From the NCBI GenBank assembly GCA_013239625.1, contig MU054187.1, forward strand, positions 19,088,711 to 19,152,710: a DNA stretch of 64,000 bases, in the 5' to 3' direction. Made by a program: the position numbers and the translations under genes. Below the pieces are notes generated by a model, which saw only the letters and a list, made by a program, of their open reading frames with translations, was not told the origin of the DNA and did no database searches. This DNA is from Lama guanicoe (lineage: Eukaryota). Shown here in pieces: positions 51,153 to 63,924 of the stretch. Position 1 is the first letter of the stretch, and each line of letters starts with the position of its first letter.

Positions 51153-53807
51153 CTGTGAAGTGAAACGCAAAAATTCTCACTCACCCAAAATATCAGCTTT
51201 GCCCAACTAAGTGCAGACGGCTGTCCTTGTTCATCTTGAAGATTTCATAGTTTAAAAGGGAAAAACGTATCATAGAAATAAAATAACTGACATTATAAAG
51301 TAAAATACACCCAACGCGCCACCTGTTATAATGCAAACAGACATCACACACCCAAGAGAAGCCTTTCAGATGAGCAAAACCTTTGAAGGCTCGAAAGCAT
51401 AAGACTTCCAAAAAAAAAATCTAAAAATTTAAAACATTATTGTCTCTCTTCTACAACTGAGAAAACTCAATAAAGCAAATAAATTCTTGAATATTTCATG
51501 CTGATTATGCTTAATAGAAGAGAACTAATGCTCATGTTCAATCAAGCCTTATGTCTTTGACTATGAATACTGATCTTCAGCACACTCTTTAGTTCACCAA
51601 GAATTTTTTATCCTTAATCTAGCTATAGCAGTTAAGATCTTAGTGAAATCCTTTCATTAGTTTGACAATTAAAAAGTCGTATTAATTTTTCTTAACATTT
51701 TTGATGAAATGCAATGATGATTAAAGTTTAAGATGAATATAAAATTAAACCTCAGGGAAGTAAATCTGGTTATTTCAGAATTGTAATGACTGAAAAAGGA
51801 GACTAAAGTTTAAAAAAAAGGTTTTTGTAAGGCTATGGGTATCGTAAATGACGTTTGGAGCGAACTTGTTAAAGTCCTAGGTGTGCCAAGAAGAACCAGT
51901 CGATCTGGTAACCTGGAGCCTCATTTATCAGTGGAGCACACTTGAAAATATGCACGTCTGTAAGACATTTCACAGGTCCACACGACAGCCTCTCCCTTTT
52001 GTGGAGTTAGTGTGTGGAGTCAGCAAGTCTTCATTTCACCCACTTGTATAGAAGATACGCTTGTTTGTTTCATTTTAATTTTAGGTAGGAGGAAAAGCAC
52101 AAAGAATTCCACCAAATAGAATTATAGTTAGGGTCACAAACATAGTGTAGTTTCAGAATAAAACATGTGTGTTCAGTAATAGCAGAGATGGGCAAAGCAT
52201 GATATCAATGACTAGAAATTCTCAGATTAAAAGAAAAGTCTGTGGTGTGTGTGTGTTGGAGTCACAGAATCTGCTCACAAAAGTATCTTCCCCGAGCCCA
52301 GGGATGACTCGCGCTTTGGGGTCATCTTGGCTGGAATGTATCTTTCACGTGAACACAGAACTCCGTGCCAAGCTCCCGGGTCTCCACGACCTGCACTTGT
52401 CAGGGCGGAGAGATCTTCCATGGAGTTCCTGCCAGACCTTGGCCCAGCTCCACCGGAAAATGGTCAGCCACTCTGGTCTTGTAACTCATTCAAAAGTTAC
52501 CATATTTCTTAGGATGCATGAATTAATGAAGTACAATTAGAGTCCAAGAAAACTGAGTGCTCTGAAGAGCTAGCTGTTCCAAAGACATCAATCTCAATAG
52601 AAATGAGTAAGAAAATGTCTCACATTTCTAAAATGCAACACGTTTTTAATAAAAAATACAGTTTGGAAAATTGACTGATGTAATTATAAATATTTTAAAT
52701 ATCCATCCCTAATCACTTTCAATGTAACATTTTCTGTCTGGAGGTGGAAGTGAAAAGAAGTGATTTTCTCACTTCTGCAACAGCTCGGTCCCAGCCTGTG
52801 TTACAACAGGCATATGCTAAACATCAGGCATTAAAGATAAAAACAAAGATCTGGTCTGATGATTATAAATAGTTTCTCCCTGAGTGTCAAGTATTACATT
52901 AATTAAATATTTAAGTAGTCATTAGTATTAAGTTGTAGCAATAACTCACATCCACACCTCCCTTGGGGCCAACTGGACTGCTTAAATGAATTCAATCCAA
53001 AGAGAGGTGGGGTTGGGGGAGAATATTATAGGAAATTTAGCTTTTAGATTCAAAAATTTCAGACAGAAACCCAGCAAATTCATACAAAGTAGAATAAATT
53101 TCCTATAGAAATAATGTTATAATTGTATGTCATGCTCTTAGCCAAGACTTCATAATAAAATAAATTATAATAATATTCAACAAAGTAAACTATAAATCAC
53201 CCCTAATATATTCTAATATAAAATTAATCTCTCAATAGTAATCAAGAAATTTTAGCAATGTAATGAATTACAAAGACTATTTTTTTAAAGTGGAATTAAA
53301 ATAAGTTGGAAATAACCAAAGAGGATGAAATAAACGTGAGGATGAGTAGATTTTAGAGACTCTGAGTCATTTTTTGGAATGTTTGTAAGACTGGTGGAAG
53401 GAATGGGTGACTGGTGTAGATATTCATTATATCCCTATGCTTTAAAGTTTACACACACATATAGAAAATGTTCTTTTTAATGTTCTTTTACTCATATCAG
53501 ATATTATATTTAAAAGATTTTTAAAAGGAGAGTTCACAGGGGAGAAGAGAGTGGAGAGAGTAGCTGAAGTCAAATCTTGAGACGTGGGCTCAGAAATGAC
53601 CCAGACAAACAGGGTGGTGGCTGGAGAGGATGCTGGACGAGGGAGAATGTTCTAAGGTGGGAGGTAACAGAGCTTGTCTGAAGGCGGAGGCAGGACGGAA
53701 AGAAAGGGATGAGGAAGGGCTTGTGGCAGCAGTACATGGAGGCAGCGCCAACATCCAGCTATTATACCCCTATTAGGTTAGCAGCAGAAAGCAGCTGAAG
53801 GAAGACA

Positions 53808-54072
53808 GGATCCCATTTATATGAGATTTCCAGAGAAGGCAAATCTATGAAGACAGAAAGCAGATGAGTGATCGCCTGGGGCTGGGATTGAGAACAGAAA
53901 CTGACGGCAAATGGGAACCCGAGAACTTTTGGCAGTGATGGAAATGTTCTAGAACTAGACTGAAGTGATTTGTACAATGCTATGAATTTATCAAAAAATC
54001 ACTGAACTGTATTACAATGGGATGAATATTATCTATCGTATGTAAAACTATACCTCAATAGTACTGTTGATT
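53808..54072 (+). mobile_element. L1MB-type 3' end
   Basis: GGCAAATCTATGAAGACAGAAAGCAG...GTGATGGAAATGTTCT...TATACCTCAATA. Confidence 0.8.
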
Positions 54073-55424
54073 AAGGAAGAACGAACCAGATCAGGAGTAA
54101 CTAGTGTGGAAGGTGTATTCCCAAGAACCCTCAGGCCAGAAATTAGGAAACCGTGCCACAAAGGGGCAGCCACGCAGTGGTGCGACTACCCAGGCTGCTA
54201 CAGTAGTTGTGCTGTTACAACCTGTACACAAGTACGATGGGGATGACGTCCAGTCCCCACTCAAGCCAGGTCCCCAAGCCTCTGCACCCACGGAAGAGGG
54301 ATGCCTTTCTAACTTATCCACCTGGAGAAGAGCCTTTTGCACTTCATCTGCCCAAAGAGGGCACTCATTTATTTTTTCCCAATTTCCATAAGGCCTTGGT
54401 GACAAAAGGAAACCCTTCTGGTGATCTGCAGGACCTGCACCCAGTTAGCTTCCTTCCTTGAAGCTGGTATCAATTAATTATGTGACTCATACGAGCAGAT
54501 ATTTTTGTTAACAGAAAAGTTGAGGAAATCCGGGAAACCACTCTGGGCTGCAGCTCAAAAAAAGGCAAAGGGTTCCACAATAGAAGACAGCCGGTAAGAA
54601 ACAAACAAACCAAAAGTCTAGAAGCCCTGGGTGACAAATAATGAAGACAAACAGCAAGACTGTTGACTAGGAATTTCAAGGAGAAAACACAAGGCAGAGG
54701 TTTAGGAATAATCATAGCCTGGATTTTTAAAAAGTGTCTCCTGCACAAGGAAGGGTTGATCTGACTGTGCCCACAGTGATGAGACTGGAAGCTGGAAGGC
54801 AGTAGTATCTGATTCTGGTTGTCAGATCTCAAGATGGACATTGACAAGTTGAAACAAACACCACAGAGTGATCAGGAGGACAAAGGATCTTACTGGGAGG
54901 AACTGGGAATATTTTGTCTAACAACACAGAAGCCCATATAGCTTCTCTTAAGTCTGTGTAGGGCCCGCTTGAAGAAGAGGAATCTGAGTTTGTCTGTGTT
55001 CCTCTAGAGCCAGGATCAGTGGTGCCCCCTTCCACTGCCGGCTAACTCCATTCTGACCATGCGGTTCACTCTCCTCCTCTTCTCTCTCCTCTACCACATT
55101 GTGAATGAAACATTTTGTGTCTATCAGAAATATTTACTACTTTTTACTTGCCTGTGATGCCACTGATTTCATGGGCTCCTAATCTGTTAAGCAGGTGGAA
55201 TCTCAGAGACTACCTAGTCTCACTTAAAAATTTCATTTTTCACTGTTTCTGTAGAGATTGAATGATGTACTTTTCATTTTTTAAAATGTTCATTTATCAC
55301 AAAATATACACTTGTTGGTGAATTTCAATAAAAATGTGTATAAAATAAAATGGGGAAAGCGTCCTATTCCTCCCCACTCTCCTCTCAGCCCTGCGCAGTT
55401 AGGTCCAACCTCTATGAAGAACAG

Positions 55425-55600
55425 TTTTTAACTATTTTATTTTATTTAAAAAATTTATTTATGTAATATTTATATATTATATAATATATAAATATATTAT
55501 AAATTAATATATATTATAGGTATTATATTAATATAATATCTGTATATTAATATAAAATTTAATGTGTTATTCAAATTTAATTTAAATTAAATTTAAGATG
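55425..55600. repeat. AT-rich low-complexity tract
   Basis: Almost pure A/T; contains a 22-bp palindrome. Confidence 0.85.
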
Positions 55601-57687
55601 TTTGAATACTATAACATTTCATAAGATCTTATTTTTTAACCCATCCTGTCCTCATAGACATTGAGGTACTTCTCAATTTTTCATCATTAAACTTAAGGCC
55701 ACAATGAATACCTTTGTTTTATGTATGTATATAACTTTATACACCTGTGTGAGTATTTCTGTATGAAAAATTCCTGGAGGCTAGAACTGCTGAATAACCA
55801 ATCAGAATTTTCTTTGTGGGGGAAGAAACTATGGGACCCCTATATAATGACGTACCATAAAGTCACTAAAAAGAAGAGCATCAGAGGAAACCCACAATCC
55901 ATTAAGAGGAACACATTTGATTGTGATGTATTACAAGAAACAGCCAAGCTGCAGACTAATATGGTAGGCATGACTTCACCACTTTAAAAAAACAAAGTAG
56001 TTTGCTAAAAAGCGACACACTTTAAGAACAGAAGCCTGGATGGGCTAAGAGAGCTCTTTCACTGCTTTTCTTATATAATTAGATATACAACACACACATA
56101 CAGTTTTTCATTGTAGAGATTATGGGAGATTTTTACTTTTCTAAAGTTTTCAAATTTTGAAAATTAAAATAAACAATTTTTTTAGAGATTCACAAAAATT
56201 ATGAAGAATAATGCTCTGTGCTGGTCAACATAGGAGGGGACTTTCAACCACTGTGGATGGGAAGACACATGTTGCAGGAGGCCAGCCTAGGGAAAGGCAG
56301 AGAATTTCACTGTGCACCCCTTTATTTCAACAATTCTACATCTAAGGAGAAAAAAAATCTAAAAAAAGCGCACAAGGATATTTATCTCAGAACTTCCTAT
56401 AAGATTGAAAATGCTAGTTCCCTAAACATCCAGCAGTAAATTCAGGGTTAACTAAGAATACATAAAATGTATGGTTAAAAACAAAAACATCTCTCTTTAT
56501 TTATTGAAATGGAAAAACACTTAATATATTAATTGAAAAAAGGAAATCCAAATGAGTTTATGAAATACAATTTTGGGGAGGAGCGATGTGTGTGAGTGAG
56601 TGTGTATGTATGTAAGTATAAAGAGAAAACTAATGCTGAAAGGACATTCCAAAATGTTAAGAATGGTTTTCCTCAGGAGCAGATGTATGGTCCAATTTTG
56701 CTTTTTACCCTGTTTATAATTTTTATAATATTCTTGTATGGTTTGGTATTTTAGAACCTATAAAATTATTCATATCACTACATATTTACATAATTAAATT
56801 TCTCAAGAATATGGCATTTATATATAAATTTGTTTAACTAATACTTTTTTCTTCTACTAGTTTTCAGTTATTAGTACCTATGCATATATTAAAGGGGAAA
56901 ATGAATTATTTAAAATTATCCATCCAATTGCACTATTACTTTCATTAATTATCAGTACCTCTCAATCATATTGTACTACAATAACTACCATTGAATTCCT
57001 TCTTCCTACTCAACACAGAAGCTCTTCTTACAGCACATCACAGACACATGCTTTTTACAGTGTGATTTTCTTGCAAGGGAACAGAGCTTCAGTGTTCAAT
57101 CATATGAGAATACCACCAATTACCCAGTTAACTGACAAATAAAACTCAAAATTTTTATTCCAATGAACAGCTTTTGTTTTCTTAGAAGAAGATAAACAGC
57201 ATATCTATAAATATGATATATTTGGGAAGATTGCAATTTTTTAAACAAGAAGTTAACAGTATCTATTTAAATCGTGGATTTCTCTAAATGGTGTCCTTTG
57301 TAAACTGGATGCCACTTTCTAAGACAGGGACTGAAGCTCATCAGCTTTTCTCAGTACAAAAACATCTGGTTTCCATAGGCAGATTCTAACAGCACATCAG
57401 AAAAGAGAATGGCTTCTAACATCAGCCCACTTACTTGATCAATCCTTCTTTCTGTCCACACCCAAGTGTGTTCCAGGCCACCTTAATCCCAATACCCTCC
57501 CCATGAATATACAGTAATAAGAGATGCCAAAATGCACGTGTAAACACTCACTCTTAGAAACTGTCCTCACTTACTCATTTCAACCCAATTAAGACTTGAG
57601 GAGTTGGCTCTGGAGATTAACTGGATTTCCAGGAAAAATCTGCAGAAAGCCAACCCATTTGTCTTTCTGTGTAGTTAAGAAAGTAGC

Positions 57688-58162
57688 ATAGACAATGGAA
57701 TACTACTCGGCCATAAAAAATAATAAAACAATGCCATTTGCAGCAACATGGATAGACCTGGAGAATGTCATTCTAAGTGAAGTAAGCCAGAAAGAGAAAG
57801 AAAAATACCATATGAGATCACTCATATGTGGAATCTAAAAAAAATGACAAATGAACTTATTTACAAAACAGAAACAGACTCACAGACAAAACAAATAAAC
57901 AAATTTATGGTTACCGGGGGGGAAGGGGGTGGGAAGGGATAAATTGGGAATTTGAGATTTGCAGATACTAGCTACTATATATAAAATAGATAAACAAGTT
58001 TGTACTGTATAGCACAGGGAACTATATTCAATATCTTGTAGTAACTTATGGTGGAAATATGAAATGAATATATGTATGTTCCTGTATGACTAAAGTATTG
58101 TGCTGTACACCAGAAATTGACACAACATTGTAAATCGACTATAATTCAATTTTAAAAAACCC
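57688..58162 (+). mobile_element. Young artiodactyl/camelid L1 3' end
   Basis: CAATGGAATACTACTCGGCCATAAAA...GCCATTTGCAGCAACATGGATAGACCT...GACACAACATTGTAAATCGACTAT. Confidence 0.92.
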
Positions 58163-58274
58163 CAAATTAGGAAATATCTACTTCTATAAAGTCCAATATT
58201 ACATTCAAGCTCAGCTAAAGTCACCTGTATATCTGTTCCAAACAAATGTAAGGAGAGAGAGGAAATCAATATCA

Positions 58275-58502
58275 ATATGGGTCGACCTCACTGGATTTAA
58301 CTTTTAGTGTAGAGAATTTTGAAATTGACACATTAACTAGGTATTCCATTTATTTTATTATATAAGTCAAAGTTTAATTCAACCAACCACACCCAGTCCA
58401 CGTGAAAACCATGTGGCCTTTTGACTTTAAGTTATATGCAGATTTTCTACTGCTCAAAGGGTCAGTGTCCCTAACCCCCTTGTTGTCTAAGGGTCAACTA
58501 TA
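58275..58502. mobile_element. Tigger-derived MITE (MER8/Tigger2-like)
   Basis: AAGTTATATGCAGATTTTC...CCCTAACCCCCTTGTTGTCTAAGGGTCAACTATA terminus. Confidence 0.65.
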
Positions 58503-58932
58503 TATTCAAAAATCTAGTGAACAAAGGCAAACTGAGAGAAGAATTTCCAGAGAGTCACATACAAAAAGAATGGAAGTGTTGACCACAATGTCAATATGAG
58601 CCCAAATTATGGCATGACTGTTCAAAAGCCCAAAGAAATATTAGGTTTATTTACCCCAAAATACCATGTATCAGGCACTATATCCTGGGTACAGCAATAA
58701 GGAAGAGTATCATCAGGAAAGAATTTAATAACAACACTAACTTTAGTAGTTCTTTTTTTTATTACGAACATGAGTTGGCAATTCTAATCATTTAGAATTA
58801 TCTCATTCTAAATAATTTCTCTTCCTACCTGGGAGAATCATTCTTACCAATCTTCCTCCTACCTCCAACCCTGGGTACACTTCTAGAAACCTGATTTGTC
58901 TGACTGTCAAATTCATGCATCTTCCACCAGAG

Positions 58933-59262
58933 CAATGTCTTTCAAACTTTTTTGACCACAGGCCTCAGTATGAAATATATTTTACATATGACCCAGTATA
59001 AACACACACACACGAAACATGCATGGTAGCTAGGTAGATATCCATGCAACACACACAGACTATGATCACATAATTGATGTAAAGATTTCATAAAATAATA
59101 CTACCATTACCGGGAGGCAGTGCACGCTAATATTTTTCACTCCATCCTTTTTCATCGAAAAAAAAGAAAGAAAAGGGAAAGGAAGGGGGGAAAAGATGGA
59201 TCTTTTCCTACTAAATTTATTTCATAACTCATTACGGGACCCATCATTTGAAAAATAGTGCA
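58933..59262. mobile_element. hAT-Charlie MITE remnant
   Basis: CAATGTCTTTCAAACTTTTTTGACC...TTTGAAAAATAGTG, with imperfect terminal inverted repeats. Confidence 0.6.
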
Positions 59263-59539
59263 CTGAAGTCCAGTATGCCATTCTTCCTTCCGGATACAGG
59301 TGGACAGAAAGCAGGTGGCGGGGAGATGTTAGCCTGGGTTTAAGCATTAACCATAGGAATTCTCAAGGTAGAAAACTTCAAGGCTGAATTTGCACACTCC
59401 ACCTCTGAATTGTTTTGTTTCGTTTTTTCGGTCTATATTATGCTCCAAATAGCTTTTATTTCACCTAACCTCAAAACCTAGAAATAAACGTTGGTGTTTT
59501 TGTTTAAAAAAACAAAACAAAAAACAAGAACAAAAACCA

Positions 59540-60450
59540 TGTGGCCTTTACCTTCAGAATACACCAGAATCCAATCAGTTCTCACTCCCTCCACAGTTTC
59601 CATCTTGGTCAAGCCACCATCATCTCTTGCCTGGATTTGCGCAATAGTCTCCTCCCTGGATCCCTGTCTATATCCCTGCCCCACCTCCTCCACTCCCAAG
59701 TTCCTTCTCAATAACAGCAGCCAGCCTTGTCCCTTAAAAACCAGAGCCAAGTTGCGGGGAGTGTATAGCTCAGTGGTAGAGTGCCTGCCTAACATACGCA
59801 AGACCCTGGTTCAATTCCCAGCAACACCATTAAAAATAAATAAGAAGTAAACCTAATTACCTCCTTAAACCCAAGGGGTAAAAAAACAGAGTCAGATCAT
59901 TCATGTCCCTCCTCAGCCCAGAGCCCTCCAATGTCTCCCCATTCCACATAGGATAAAACCCAAAGTCCGTGCAGTGGCCTCCAAGGTCCCATTTAATTTG
60001 GCCTCCTTCTAACGTCTTCTTCTTCCTCTCCCTACTTCCTCCTCCCACTCTTACCTCTCCCCTGATCCTTGCTGGCCCTGAACAGGCCAGGCACACCCCT
60101 GCCTCAGGGCCTCTACACTGGCTGCCTCATCTTCCAGGAATGTTCTCCCTTCATTTATCCACACTGCTTGCTTCTTCATCCTTTTAGTCTCTGCTCAAAC
60201 GTCTCTTTCTCAGTGCTCCCCTCCCACTCCCTATCTTCCATATTGTGTTCTCTGTTGTTGTTCTACAGCACTTATAATCAACTGCATAATTTATTGTTTA
60301 TTATATTTACTGTCTGGGCTGCACCACCAGAATCTTGGTCTGTGAGAGTAAACATTTTTTGTTTTGCATACTGATGTTTCCCAGTACCTAGAAGAGCATC
60401 TGAAACAGAGTGGGCCCTCAGTAAGTATTTGGGAAGTAAATAAATGAATT
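59540..60450 (+). mobile_element. L2 3' region interrupted by a SINE
   Basis: CAAGCCACCATCATCTCTTGCCTGGA...CCTGCCTCAGGGCC...CCCAGTACCTAGAAGAG...TAAATGAAT. Confidence 0.85.
59756..59886 (+). mobile_element. vic-1-like SINE nested in L2
   Basis: GGGGAGTGTATAGCTCAGTGGTAGAG...GGTTCAATTCCC...AAACCTAATTACCTCC. Confidence 0.88.
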
Positions 60451-60694
60451 TTCAGGTGATTATATGTGTTATATGGTAGCACCTACTAATAATAGTCTAA
60501 AGAGGATGGATACTAAGTTCCTGGAGCTGCAAAGGGTGGGGGTCACAGAAGCCCTCAGTTCAAAAGAAAATTTCCTAAGCTACCAGGAAGGAAATAGTGA
60601 ACTGTGCTATGATATGGGGAATAGATGAAAAATAAATACAGGATAGCCACCACATTAATCCCTTCCTTATCAAGTTCTCATTTTTTAAAACTGA

Positions 60695-61056
60695 TTTTTA
60701 TTGAAGTAGAGTTGATTTACAATGTTTTAGTTTCAGGTGAACAGTAAAGTGATTTAGTTTTATTTATATACTTTTTCAGACTCTTCCATGATAGGTATTA
60801 AAAGATAATGACTATAGTTCCCTGTGCTATACAGCATGTCCTTGTTGTTTACCTACTTTATATACAGTAGTGTGTATATGTTAAACTCAAACAGCTAACT
60901 TATGCCTCCTCTCCACCCCTTTCCCCTTTGGTAACCATAGTTTGTCTTCTATGTCTGTGAGTCTATTTCTGGTTTGTAAATAAGCTCATTTGTATCATTT
61001 TTTTTAAGATTCCACATATAAGTGATATCATATGATATTTGGCTTTCTCTGTCTGA
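60695..61056 (-). mobile_element. Artiodactyl L1 3' end
   Basis: TTTTATTGAAGTAGAGTTGATTTACAATG...TTCCCCTTTGGTAACCATAG...AGATTCCACATATAAGTGATATCATA. Confidence 0.9.
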
Positions 61057-62999
61057 TCAAGTATTCAATTTTATTTCATGGAGGACTTTATTTCTAGGAA
61101 TGCAATCCTTATTTTATAAAAAAAAATCTATAGAGAAAATAGGGTTTGTTTTACTTTTAAATTCAGGGACTCTGAACCTCCCTTCTACAAATATCACCAG
61201 GTTAATCTAGGACAAATCTGCAGAAAGACAAGAAGGTGGCATTTCAGAAGCAAGTCACAGTTAAAGTTCTATAATTTTCAAAACTCCTGGGGAGTGAAGA
61301 TGCCTCTAAGAGCAGGGCATGAAGCAACCTGGTCGCCAGGGACGCTCGGGAACACTTCCACCCATCTGTCTGGGGCTCACAGCAAATCCAGCCCACTCAC
61401 TCTCCCAATGACTTCTAACACTTACAGTCAAGAATAACGACAATGATAATTAATCAATGTCATCTTCAGTTTCCTCCACATTTGGGAGGAATGGGATTTG
61501 AGCCTCACCTGAAGCCTTCGCTTAGAAGTTTCTCTCTGAAGAACAGGCAGCTGTTTTGCTGAGGGGCAGCCGCCCTGTAGAAGACTTGTCCGTATCAGTG
61601 GCTGTAACTGCCACATAGAGACCACAGACTGCCACTGCCTGGGGGAGCTGGGGCCCCTGGGCACAGAACAGGCCTTCGCTGTCTCTGACCTTTCCTCATT
61701 GCAGCTTCTCCCCAAGGGATCTCCCAGTCCCCTCTTACCGGAACCTTACTCTGTCCATCCCACCAAACAGAGGGGTTACTCCAGAGATAACATATTTCAC
61801 AGAGCCTTTCTATGCCCCCTTCTGGATCCCATCCCCATCTCCCCGAAGCCCCCTTTTTTCCTCTGCTGAACAGAGAGCCTCGGAGCAGACCTGTCCCCAC
61901 CTGGCCTGGACCCTAGCCACAGACACACATAGCAAAAAAGAGGAGATTTGTGGCAATTCAAGCAGTGTGCTAGAGTTCATGTTCCTCGTGGGTTTTATGG
62001 TTATTTGCCATTGACCTGACCAAACCACACATTTCGCAAAAGTGGTTAGACCAAAACTTTTTGGTAAGTTGGAGAATGTAGTTCTGATAGGTGTAAATAA
62101 AAGGTAAATCAGTTCTCGAAAAGGAAAATGCACAATTTCTCTGGACACAAACAGGACCAAGAAAATCCTTTCTTTCTGGAGTCTGATCTGAGAGATCAGA
62201 AACTGATGACAAACTGGTGGCTTGAAGTGACGGGACAGGTGACCAGGCCTGGCCATGGGCATGGGAGAAAGTAGAGGAAAGCAAGGCAGAGAGTGGAGGA
62301 GTGGGGTGGAGCAGATTCTGGAGAGAAACAGGAACAGAGGCAGGAGGGTCCTCGCACCTCCCCCCTCATAATCAGAATTCCCACCCCACCCACCTCCCCC
62401 CACCTTTCTTTTTTGCAAAACCTGAGCTGGTTCAACTTCCTGCAACAAGAAAAGTTAGACTAACTAACGCAATGCCTTGAATTCCTTTGGCAATAAGGAC
62501 TATAAATACAGATTTTCCAATTCTTCAGTGGTTGCCACAGGCTAACACAACTTCTTTAATTTTCAGAGCAGATTAAGAAGCAGATTTTCAGTTTAAAAAA
62601 AAAAGCATCTCGGTTGTTAAGGGTCCTTCCTTAAATATACGTTTTATTTAAATACAGTTTCCCATTCCTCTGAGCAGTAAACAGCAGGTGAAATTAAAAA
62701 CTGAAGTTGAAAACTAATGAATTCACATTTTAGCTTGAGCTGTGCTCTGAATTCACAGACAGCCAATTACTTCTACTAGCTGCACAGATGACTGAATAAA
62801 ATCTGCTAATAAATGCAGCTAGAGTGCATTCAAGAAATCAAACAGTACATATTAGAATAAGTTTGTATAGCTCCTTATCATAAGTTGAATTCTTTAGAAT
62901 AAAGGTCCAACAGATACATAAGAGAGTAGATGGGAATATGAGAGAAATACCTTCCACTTCGACACAGTCTTTCCTAAGAAGGTAGATGGCTTGACAGCA

Positions 63000-63197
63000 G
63001 GACTGCGCCCGCCCTTGATAATGAGTATAGGAGGACCTTAAGATAAAAGGTGTGCTCCTGGGGTGACAGCCTGGTCACCATCCTCCTACCTGTCTCGCAG
63101 CCTGCGGACTTCAGGCTTGCTTAGCCAGCTATAATAAATACACAAATGTGTGTGTGTGTGTGCCTGCAAGTGTATGTATGCACAAATGAATAAATAC

Positions 63198-63229
<32 letters not shown>

Positions 63230-63271
63230 TCTCCTAGAGCTTCTACTCCTGCTAGAACCCTTTCTGGTACA
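63000..63271 (+). mobile_element. MLT2-like LTR 3' part with (TG)n and (CA)n repeats
   Basis: CCTGCGGACTTCAGGCTTGC...microsatellite...CTAGAACCCTTTCTGGTACA. Confidence 0.55.
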
Positions 63272-63704
63272 GTATTAAGCTCGGTATAAAGTCACTATGC
63301 TTCTCCATCCCTCTCCCCTAGTGGTCCAGATGCTAGTTGGAGGCTGAGAACAAGCTTTACTCGGTTTTACATCCCAGACACCTGATATATGCATACTTGG
63401 CACATGCTGGGTACTTGGTAAATGTTTATTTAATTAACATAATTAAGGGATGATAATATGGCAATGGGGCCAGCTTGTAAGAACTGAAAGGAAGATTTGT
63501 AAAATCAGGAGACATTTTGATTGGCATTCCATATTCACAATACTCTAAAGTATACAGAAGACAGTAACAATAACAGCAGCAGTAGTAGCAGTAATAATAA
63601 AGGATACATTTATTAAGCCCTTGCTGAGTACCAGACACTGCATTACAGTTTCCTCATACACATTATTTCACTCCAATCTCAAAAAATCCTAAGAGGAAGA
63701 CCTT

Positions 63705-63924
63705 TTTATTTTTCTAACATTGGGGTGCATGTGTCTTTTTTAAAAATACATTTTTATTGAAGTGCAGTCAGTTTACAATGTCGTGTCAATTTCTGGTGTA
63801 CAGCACAATGCTTCAGTCACATAGGAACATACATACATTCGTTCTCATGCTCTTCTTCACCATAGGTCACTACAAGATACTGAATATGGCTCCCTGTGCT
63901 GTACAGTATAAACTTGTTGTTTCA
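63705..63924 (-). mobile_element. Young L1 3' end with 14-bp TSD, inserted into a MIR (~63590-64000, minus strand)
   Basis: TTTTATTGAAGTGCAGTCAGTTTACAATG. TSD AAGAGGAAGAYCTT at 63691-63704 and 63925-63938. Flanks show MIR motifs (GGAAACTAAGGCACAAAGA). Confidence 0.88.

Noticed and set aside
51153..51170. ORF-track extension MRFTSQ upstream of the exon
   Set aside because: It is the intronic polypyrimidine tract and acceptor, with a non-ATG start.
58405..59549. Exact 17-bp repeat AAAACCATGTGGCCTTT at 58405 and 59533
   Set aside because: The copies lie in or beside unrelated old repeats and do not bracket a single element; one such match in 64 kb is plausible by chance.
61810..62448. 212-aa ORF
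   Set aside because: Non-ATG start, no recognisable protein family, and composition typical of non-coding DNA.
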